Shown piece by piece: positions 28,209-34,801 of a DNA stretch of 64,000 bases. A program made the position numbers and the translations under genes. Each line of letters opens with the position of its first letter. Position 1 is the first letter of the stretch. The notes under the pieces are model-generated. The model searched no databases. It was not told the origin of the DNA and worked only from the letters and a program-made list of their open reading frames with translations. Source of the DNA: an uncultured Lachnospiraceae bacterium (GTDB lineage: Bacteria > Bacillota > Clostridia > Lachnospirales > Lachnospiraceae); assembly GCA_946405185.1 (NCBI GenBank), contig CAMJGH010000002.1:5761-69760 (forward strand), in the 5' to 3' direction.

Positions 28209-29744
28209 ATGGACGAAAAGATGCTGCAGCAGGCTGTCACCCGCTTTCAGGCGGGCGATGAGCAAGGCTTCAATATGCTTTACTCCGCGTATTACAACCG
28301 CGTGAAGAGCGGCCTTTACTATATGCTCAATGACGAGCATCTGGCCGAAGACTTCACGCAGGATGCCTTCCTGAAGGTGTACCAATACATCAATCAGCTG
28401 AAAGAACCCGGCAGATTCCCTTACTGGGTAAACAGGATCGCCGCCAACTGCGCGAACGATTATCTGAAGAAAGGCATGGCGACAGAAAAGACGTTCACGT
28501 CGCTGACGCCTGAGGGGGAAGAAGAGTCTGCCTTCCCATCTGACCACTATGTCCGGAATCCGGATGACTATCAGCCGGAGCAGGCCTACAGCCGGCAGGA
28601 GACGCAGCGCCTCATCCGGGAGATCCTGGATGACCTCCCGGATGGCCAGCGCATCTCCGTAACCCTGTACTATTACAACCAGATGAAGGTGAAAGAGATC
28701 GCGGAGATCACCGGCGTCAAGGAGAACGCTGTCAAGCAGTCGCTCTACCAGGCCCGCAAGAAGATCACCGCCAAAGTGGAAGAGTTGGAAAAGAAGGGGA
28801 CGAAGCTGTATTCCCTGGCACCGTTTTCCTTTTTCCTGTGGCTTTTTCACGCCGAGGCCGAAGCCTCCGCACTGGTGGCGGTTTCGGCTGCCGGTGCTTC
28901 CGCGGTGGCAGCTGCAGCCGCTGCTGCGGGAGGCGCCGGTGCTGCGGCCACCGGCAGCGCTGCCATCGGTTCAGCCGGCGGCCTGGGCGCCTGGCTGGCG
29001 GGGCTTCCCGGACTGGCCAAGGCCGGGTTAGGCGTGCTGGTGATGGCTGCCGTCATTGGCGGCGGCATCGGCATTGGCTCTCTGGCCGGGAAAGGAGATC
29101 GACCCCCTTCCCCTGAGACTGTCACCATGATCACCTCGGAAGCCGCCACCGAGTCGTCCACAGCTGAAACCTCCGAAAGCAGCACCGAAGAGACCACACC
29201 GGCCCATGTGCACAACTGGGTGGAAGTGACGGAAACCATCCATCACGACGCGGAGTATGAGGTCATCCCCCACGAAGCAGAAATCAGTACGGAGACGGAG
29301 GTCATCCACCACGACGCGGTGATCCGCACCATCCACCACGAGGCGGAGTATACAGAAGAAACGACGTTCGTCCCAAATGGAGAGACGTACAATATGTACG
29401 CCTGCCCTGCCTGCGGCGCCACGGGGTTCATATATGAAGGCCCCGGCTCTGACATGACGAATCTGCAGAAATATGGCGAGCTCCAACACAATGACGGGTG
29501 CACGGGAAGCGGCGCGCTAGTCCCCGTCACAGGTTACGGGGGAGATTATGAAACCATCCAGGTGCTCCTCCGGGAAGCCTATGACGAAACCGTGCTGGAA
29601 GCGGAGGCCTGGGATGAGACCGTCACCCACACGGTGGTGGAAAAGGAAGCCTGGGATGAGACCGTGCTGGTATCGGACGCGTGGGATGAAACCATAGTCA
29701 CCGGCTGCATCTGCGAGGAGTGCGGCGAGACCAAACCCGACTGA
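28209..29744 (+). CDS. ECF (sigma-70 group 4) sigma factor fused to a TM segment and an extracytoplasmic His/Trp/Cys short-repeat domain
   Basis: Region 2 is 'DAFLKVYQYINQLKEPGRFPYWVNRIAANCANDYLKK'. Region 4 is 'LPDGQRISVTLYYYNQMKVKEIAEITGVKENAVKQSLYQARKKI'. This is followed by an Ala/Gly-rich hydrophobic stretch with TM 'GLGVLVMAAVIGGGIGIGSL', an S/T/E linker and then HHDAEY-type and AWDET-type repeats with two CxxCG motifs. Confidence 0.8.
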   Translation: MDEKMLQQAVTRFQAGDEQGFNMLYSAYYNRVKSGLYYMLNDEHLAEDFTQDAFLKVYQYINQLKEPGRFPYWVNRIAANCANDYLKKGMATEKTFTSLTPEGEEESAFPSDHYVRNPDDYQPEQAYSRQETQRLIREILDDLPDGQRISVTLYYYNQMKVKEIAEITGVKENAVKQSLYQARKKITAKVEELEKKGTKLYSLAPFSFFLWLFHAEAEASALVAVSAAGASAVAAAAAAAGGAGAAATGSAAIGSAGGLGAWLAGLPGLAKAGLGVLVMAAVIGGGIGIGSLAGKGDRPPSPETVTMITSEAATESSTAETSESSTEETTPAHVHNWVEVTETIHHDAEYEVIPHEAEISTETEVIHHDAVIRTIHHEAEYTEETTFVPNGETYNMYACPACGATGFIYEGPGSDMTNLQKYGELQHNDGCTGSGALVPVTGYGGDYETIQVLLREAYDETVLEAEAWDETVTHTVVEKEAWDETVLVSDAWDETIVTGCICEECGETKPD

Positions 29745-29760
29745 AACTCATCACAAACCA

Positions 29761-29788
29761 TATAACCAAAACCCTTTTCAGGCGGTCT
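29761..29788 (+). promoter_or_regulatory. Candidate ECF-type promoter, copy B (TATAACC-N17-GTCT)
   Basis: 'TATAACCaaaacccttttcaggcgGTCT', about 140 nt upstream of the XRE gene start. Confidence 0.45.
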
Positions 29789-29929
29789 TTCCTAACAGGA
29801 GGGGCCGCCTGAACGCATATCAGCACCTGATGGACTGTTTACGATACGGCAACTTTCATAAGCCCAACAGTCACCCTCTTATGAGTACAATTATATAGTT
29901 ATGCCAAAGCCATAAGGAGGTGACAGATT

Positions 29930-30235
29930 TTGGAGCACTTGGCTGAAAAACTGAAGCTGGCGCGTCAAAACGCGCATCTGACGCAGGCCCAGGTGGCTTC
30001 CATGGTCGGACTGAACAAAGCGGCTATCTCTACCTACGAGACCGGCACCAGAAGGCCTTCGTTTGAAGTCTTATGCCGGCTTGCGTCCATATACAAAGTG
30101 AGCGTCGATTACCTGTTTGGACTGTCTGAAAGCAGCTCCATCCAAACGGAAGGCCTGACCGCCGAAGAGACGGAGCTGATCCGTTCACTCATCCGGATCA
30201 TGGAAAAGAAGCACCCGGAGACAGGCGAAAAATAA
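29930..30235 (+). CDS. XRE-family helix-turn-helix transcriptional regulator
   Basis: TTG start 9 nt after 'AAGGAGG'. 'LKLARQNAHLTQAQVASMVGLNKAAISTYETGTRRPSFEVLCRLASIYKVSVDYLFG' is a canonical Cro/C1 HTH. Confidence 0.85.
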   Translation: MEHLAEKLKLARQNAHLTQAQVASMVGLNKAAISTYETGTRRPSFEVLCRLASIYKVSVDYLFGLSESSSIQTEGLTAEETELIRSLIRIMEKKHPETGEK

Positions 30236-30248
30236 TGTCCAGAAACCG

Positions 30249-30276
30249 TATAACCTTTTCCGTTCTCAGGCGGTCT
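30249..30276 (+). promoter_or_regulatory. Candidate ECF-type promoter, copy C (TATAACC-N17-GTCT)
   Basis: 'TATAACCttttccgttctcaggcgGTCT'. The GTCT ends 30 nt before the 30307 ATG. Confidence 0.45.
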
Positions 30277-30306
30277 TTATCTATGAGATCCAAAAGGAGG
30301 ACCATC

Positions 30307-31698
30307 ATGAAAAAACACATCGCCATTCTGACCGTCACCTGTATCATCCTGATCCTTTCCGGCTGCCGGAAAGCCACGCAGGCGGACACGCTGCCGGAAA
30401 CCACCGCTCAGACCGCTGCCGTGGAGACCACAGAAGAGAACACCCCGGCGTCCACCGAAGAAGAGCTTCAAACGGCAGACGAGGCTTCCCGTGAGCCTTC
30501 CACCAGACGTGATCACGCTTACAGACCGACCGGGAAAGCCCTCGCGGTGCATGCCCGGCCCGCCGGAAAGGCCGGCATGACGTCTGAGGCATCCGCCGAG
30601 GCTGACGCCTCCGAAGAAGCCCTCGGGCTTCCGGCTGCGGCGGACGCCGCGGAAAACGTCAATCCCTCTGCCGCTCAGCCGACCGCTCCCACACCGGCAG
30701 AGAACGCCTCTCAGGAAGCACGCGCTGCCGAACCCGCACCGGCGCCCACCGAGACTCCCGCTGCTCCCGCACAGACACCGGCAGCGCAGGAGAGTGCCGC
30801 CCCCGCTCCTGCAGCACCCGCTCCCGCAGAAACCGCTGCTCCCACCGCTCCGGCGCCTGCCTTTACAGAAGGCTTCAACAACGCCAAGGCGTCCGAATTT
30901 GTCCAGCAGCTCAATGCGTTCCGTCAGGCTAACGGCCTTCCTGAAGTGCGTTGGGATGATACGTGCGCACAGGTTTCCGCGGAACTGAGCGCAAAGCGCA
31001 GCACCGGCGTGGCGACGGACGTGACGGAAGAGCACCTGAAGCGGCTGAACTGCAATACGATGCATTACGTCAGCATGTACGGTCCGGCCTCCGAAACCGC
31101 TGCAAAGCATTTCACAGGATTGAAAAACTATCCCGGCGAACCCGAGAAGCTGCTGGATCCGTCCCTCACCCGCATCGGTGTCGCTTTCTACGATCATATG
31201 AGCGCCCAGGGAGAATGGTGCGACGGATATCTGATCCTGGCGCCGGATGCGTTAAGCGCACCCATCTATATACCCGAGACCGAACCGGCACCTGCCTTCG
31301 ATCCGTATTTCGATGAAGCCGCGGCCATGCAGTGCTTTGAACTCACCAACGAGCTGCGCAGAAGCCTGGGACTCCCGGAACTGGTCTGGGACAGTGCCTG
31401 CCTTCAGGTATCCAATGTCAGAGCGCAGCAGCTGCCGGCAAACTGCACCCACGACCTCTTCTGGAGCGAGTTTGTCAAGGTGATGGGAGATCAGACGCCT
31501 TGTGCGGAAAACATCATGCACAGCCGCAGCACCTGTGACGGAGCCGTTGCTTTTGAGGGCTGGAAAAACTCCCCCAGTCACTACGCCGCCATGGTCAATC
31601 CGGCATACACCCGCGTGGCCATCACCATCTACCAGGTGATGTATGAAGGCGTCCCCTCCACCTTCGGCGTGATGATCCTGGCCGGACCCACACCGTGA
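30307..31698 (+). CDS. Lipoprotein with long Ala/Pro/Glu/Thr linker and two CAP/SCP (PR-1, YkwD-like) domains
   Basis: ATG 6 nt after 'AAGGAGG'. Lipobox 'ILILSGC'. The second domain has the CAP hallmarks 'AENIMH' and 'EGWKNSPSHYAAMVNPAYTRVAI'. The first domain is degenerate ('FVQQLNAFRQANGLPEVRWDD'). Confidence 0.75.
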   Translation: MKKHIAILTVTCIILILSGCRKATQADTLPETTAQTAAVETTEENTPASTEEELQTADEASREPSTRRDHAYRPTGKALAVHARPAGKAGMTSEASAEADASEEALGLPAAADAAENVNPSAAQPTAPTPAENASQEARAAEPAPAPTETPAAPAQTPAAQESAAPAPAAPAPAETAAPTAPAPAFTEGFNNAKASEFVQQLNAFRQANGLPEVRWDDTCAQVSAELSAKRSTGVATDVTEEHLKRLNCNTMHYVSMYGPASETAAKHFTGLKNYPGEPEKLLDPSLTRIGVAFYDHMSAQGEWCDGYLILAPDALSAPIYIPETEPAPAFDPYFDEAAAMQCFELTNELRRSLGLPELVWDSACLQVSNVRAQQLPANCTHDLFWSEFVKVMGDQTPCAENIMHSRSTCDGAVAFEGWKNSPSHYAAMVNPAYTRVAITIYQVMYEGVPSTFGVMILAGPTP

Positions 31699-31736
31699 TC
31701 CGCATCCCGTCGAATACAGAGTAAAGGAGAGTCATC

Positions 31737-32240
31737 ATGTTCGTAGCCTACATTCTGGTCTTTATCAGCTTAGGTTTTATCTGGGCATTCTGGAAGATGT
31801 CCTGCAGTTTTCTGTTCAACCTGATCCTGTTGTTTCTAACCTGGCTCTGGGACCACATGAGGATCACCTGCATCGTCCTCGCCATCACCATGGTGCTCGG
31901 TGTGGTCTTCACCGTCTTTTCCATCGGCTGGCGTGATCAGTACCACGAGCTCTTCTATGAGGGCAGCGCCATCGTCCGGTTCTTGGAACTGACGTCCGAG
32001 CCTCACGTGTTGGACTGGTATTCCTCCGGCTTTGAAAGCCTCTTCGGAAAACTGTTTGGCGCAGACTCCGGCACAGACGTGTTTGTCCAGGTGATCGGCA
32101 TCTATCTGGCTGCTTACCTGATACCGGTGATCCTCATGCTCATGATCGTCCTGCTCATGCCCATGTGTTTCATCAAGGTGTTGGCCGCCGCCATCGTACT
32201 GGATCTGATCCTCAAACTCTTTCAGCGCAGAAGAAAATAA
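31737..32240 (+). CDS. Polytopic membrane protein, unknown function
   Basis: ATG after 'AAAGGAGAG'. At least 4 hydrophobic helices. Probably co-transcribed with the CAP lipoprotein gene (38-nt gap, no terminator). Confidence 0.6.
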   Translation: MFVAYILVFISLGFIWAFWKMSCSFLFNLILLFLTWLWDHMRITCIVLAITMVLGVVFTVFSIGWRDQYHELFYEGSAIVRFLELTSEPHVLDWYSSGFESLFGKLFGADSGTDVFVQVIGIYLAAYLIPVILMLMIVLLMPMCFIKVLAAAIVLDLILKLFQRRRK

Positions 32241-32252
32241 GAACCCCAGCAG

Positions 32253-32284
32253 GCGGCCGCTTTATCGCAAAGCGGCCGCTTTTC
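32253..32284 (+). terminator. Rho-independent terminator
   Basis: 'GCGGCCGCTTT' atcgc 'AAAGCGGCCGC' followed by 'TTTT'. Confidence 0.85.
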
Positions 32285-32304
32285 GACAAAAACGGATACA
32301 GACA

Positions 32305-32332
32305 TATAACCATTTTCCTTCTTGAGCCGTCT
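32305..32332 (+). promoter_or_regulatory. Candidate ECF-type promoter, copy D (TATAACC-N17-GTCT)
   Basis: 'TATAACCattttccttcttgagccGTCT'. The GTCT ends about 55 nt before the 32387 ATG. The flanks and leader are homologous to copy A. Confidence 0.55.
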
Positions 32333-32386
32333 TATATACAGAAGGGCCGCACAGGCACTTCAAAACCATCCAGGGAGGAACACAAC

Positions 32387-33514
32387 ATGAAGACCATCAT
32401 CACTTTTCTCTGCAATCTCGGCAACGATCTGGCAGACGCCGCGCAGCGTGCGGCAGAGGCGATGCCCGGCGGCTGGTGGGGCCTCATCGGACTGACCATC
32501 GTCATGCTGGCCGCCAGCACGGCACTTTCGTACCGGTACAACCGGAAGACCACGGAAGTTTCCGGGAAAGAAGCCTGGACCAAAGCAATGACAGATCCCA
32601 TCGCGTGGATCGCAAAGCCGATCCGTAAACTGCTGAAGAAAAGCAACAGCTGGCTTGTACTCATTGTCCTGACACTGCTGATCGCTTCAGCCGGCTGTTC
32701 GGACGGCAATACCGTCACTCCGAATGACGATGTTCACAAGGCCTCCTCCGAGGAGCAAACATCCGCCCCGTCGAAAACCTCTGCGGCTGCTTCCTTCAGA
32801 AAGCAGAAAAAAGCCGCCGCTGCCAGGACATCGGAAGCGAAGGAATCTGAAGGAGCGAAAACCATCCTGGCTCAGAACTACACCGAAGCAGAAGCGGAAC
32901 AGTCGGCTGCTGAAACGGAAATCGCCATGCTGAGTTCTGTTGAAAGCGCAGAAGATACAGCCGAGAACGTCGAAAGTGTCACCACGGTTGCACCGACTGC
33001 TCATGAACACACGTGGGAGGAGATCGGCCATAACGAAAACGTCATGATCCGGGATGCCTATGATGAGCCGATCGTGGCAAAAGCAGCCTGGGATGAGCAG
33101 ATACTCGTAAAGGATGCCTGGGATGAGCAGTTACTGGTCAGCGATGCCTGGGATGAGCAAGTCATGGTGGAAGAGGAATGGGATGAGCCCATATATGAGT
33201 GTCACAGTTTCTGCAATCAATGTGGGATCGATCTGACTGTCAATTGTCCGGGAGAATACGTGAATCATTTGATGGATGTTCACGATGGTGCCGCCGGCTG
33301 GTATTCCAGAAACACTGAAGTTGATTCCATCCATCACGATGCGCAGTATGAGACCGTCCATCATGACGCGGAATACCAGACCGTTCATCATGAAGCTGAG
33401 TACCAGACGGTACATCATGATGCGGAATACGGAACCGTGCATCACGACGCTCAGTATGAACAGCGCTGGATCGTGGACGGATACCGATGCTCCGGGTGCG
33501 GTGAAGTCAAATAA
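32387..33514 (+). CDS. Membrane/lipoprotein carrying a module-swapped paralogue of the sigma-fusion ectodomain (AWDE x5, CxxC, HHDAEY x5, CxxCG)
   Basis: ATG 8 nt after 'GGGAGG'. TM 'WWGLIGLTIVMLAASTAL', then a second hydrophobic segment ending 'LLIASAGCSDG' (lipobox-like). An internal Met at 32588 would give a classical lipoprotein signal peptide. The C-terminal repeat domain is aa 205-375. Confidence 0.75.
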   Translation: MKTIITFLCNLGNDLADAAQRAAEAMPGGWWGLIGLTIVMLAASTALSYRYNRKTTEVSGKEAWTKAMTDPIAWIAKPIRKLLKKSNSWLVLIVLTLLIASAGCSDGNTVTPNDDVHKASSEEQTSAPSKTSAAASFRKQKKAAAARTSEAKESEGAKTILAQNYTEAEAEQSAAETEIAMLSSVESAEDTAENVESVTTVAPTAHEHTWEEIGHNENVMIRDAYDEPIVAKAAWDEQILVKDAWDEQLLVSDAWDEQVMVEEEWDEPIYECHSFCNQCGIDLTVNCPGEYVNHLMDVHDGAAGWYSRNTEVDSIHHDAQYETVHHDAEYQTVHHEAEYQTVHHDAEYGTVHHDAQYEQRWIVDGYRCSGCGEVK

Positions 33515-33524
33515 CAGGTTGTGA

Positions 33525-33728
33525 ATGATCATGCTGACAACTGACAAATTAAAGGAACTGATATGCCTTGGCATCGGATATGGGATGGATCCTCCGGATA
33601 AGGTGGAGGAAAGCTATGCCCGGCTGATGAAACGGGTGAGAGCGGCAGAAGCCTCATCCGGTAAGCGGGAGTTTGTTTCATCAGACATCGAAAAAGCAGA
33701 AGGACATCTGGCAATGCCGACGGGCTGA
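33525..33728 (+). CDS. Small hypothetical protein (67 aa), doubtful
   Basis: ORF 10 nt after the preceding stop. No convincing RBS, no recognisable domain, lower GC than the surroundings. Confidence 0.25.
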   Translation: MIMLTTDKLKELICLGIGYGMDPPDKVEESYARLMKRVRAAEASSGKREFVSSDIEKAEGHLAMPTG

Positions 33729-33797
33729 GTCTGGTTGATGGAAATTCTGTTTTCGCATAACTGCAATACTACGAAAAAGAGCATTTATCCCGAAAAT

Positions 33798-33840
33798 ACC
33801 CCGGAATTGCCTGTATCAGGCCTTTCCGGGGTTCTTTTTC
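33798..33840. terminator. Bidirectional terminator-like hairpin at the lgt 3' end
   Basis: 'ACCCCGGA...TCCGGGGT' stem with 'TCTTTTT' on the plus strand and 'TATTTTC' on the minus strand. Confidence 0.5.
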
Positions 33841-34768
33841 AGGCTTCCGGCTTTTCAGCGGATTCCTCGGTATGGTCGGCTTCCTCGGACGTTTCTTCGC
33901 TGGCAGCCGTCTTGTCTGCAGGTTCTGCTTCAGCTTCATCAGCTGTCTTGTCTGCAGCATCCGTGTCTTTCGTTTCCGCAGCGGCTTTTTCGGCTTCGTA
34001 TTCCGCATCGGCTTCGGCAATGGCGCCGCGTACTGTGCACATCCGGTACAGCACCACGCCCGCAATCAGCGTGAAAATGGCGATGAACTGCGATGTGGAA
34101 AACAGCCAGACGCTCCCGCGCGGATCTCCGCGGAAATACTCCATGGCAAACCGTCCGATGCTGTACAGGATCAGATACAGGCTGCCCACCTGGCCATCGT
34201 AGCGCTTTTTGCGGGCAAAGCCCAGGAGCACGCCGAAATGCAGGAAATTCAGTGCCGAACTCATGAGCTGCGTCGGGATCAGCTTCACATTGTTGGGGGC
34301 AAACTGGGAATTCTTGAACACGATGTGGCAGGCGGACGCGGTCTCTTTGCCGTAGCAGCACCCGGCCAGGAAGCAGCCGATGCGGCCGAACGCCTGTGCG
34401 AGCGCAATGGACGGCATGACCAGATCAAACATCTTAAAGAAATTCAGATGTTTGCGCCGGGTATACAGCCAGCCTGTGAAAATTCCCAGGACGATACCGC
34501 CATAGACCACAAAGCCGTCCGCCACGTTCAGGAACAGCTTCGGGTTGGCCAGATACGTCGGCAGTTCCACGATCCAGTACATGACCTTGGCGCCGACCAG
34601 ACCGCCGATACCGGCCCAAATGCCCAGGTAAAAGACGGTATCTTCATCGGTACCGTACTTTTTGGCGCGCTTCATGGCCACCAGAAACGCTGCCACAATG
34701 CCGACAGCCATCATCAGGCCGTATCCGTAGATGGTGATCGGCCCGATATGCAGCAATTCATTATGCAT
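33839..34768 (-). CDS. lgt: Prolipoprotein diacylglyceryl transferase with ~60-aa acidic low-complexity C-terminal tail
   Basis: 'IGPITIYGYGLMMAVGIVAAF' and 'GRIGCFLAGCCYG' Lgt-like blocks. Tail 'AEADAEYEAEKAAAETKDTDAADKTADEAEAEPADK...'. Confidence 0.88.
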   Translation of the reverse strand: MHNELLHIGPITIYGYGLMMAVGIVAAFLVAMKRAKKYGTDEDTVFYLGIWAGIGGLVGAKVMYWIVELPTYLANPKLFLNVADGFVVYGGIVLGIFTGWLYTRRKHLNFFKMFDLVMPSIALAQAFGRIGCFLAGCCYGKETASACHIVFKNSQFAPNNVKLIPTQLMSSALNFLHFGVLLGFARKKRYDGQVGSLYLILYSIGRFAMEYFRGDPRGSVWLFSTSQFIAIFTLIAGVVLYRMCTVRGAIAEADAEYEAEKAAAETKDTDAADKTADEAEAEPADKTAASEETSEEADHTEESAEKPEA

Positions 34769-34801
34769 TTCGGTTACTCTCCCGCCGGGCGCCGGCCGGC
34801 T

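Noticed and set aside
29777-29813. Hairpin 'TTCAGGCGG...CCGCCTGAA' after the sigma-fusion gene, considered as an intrinsic terminator.
   Set aside because: No U tract follows on either strand. Its 5' arm overlaps the GTCT element of motif copy B. It is left unassigned and could still attenuate transcription.
29790-29929. Possible micro-ORF (22 codons, ATG at ~29839) in the AT-rich leader of the XRE gene.
   Set aside because: The nearest SD-like sequence is ~25 nt away. I cannot assess conservation, and the ORF is too short to distinguish from chance.
22928-33838. Prophage or ICE interpretation of the accessory block.
   Set aside because: There are no terminase, portal, capsid, tail, relaxase or T4SS genes, and no recognisable att repeats. 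Only one recombinase is present, and collagen-like proteins are not phage-specific.
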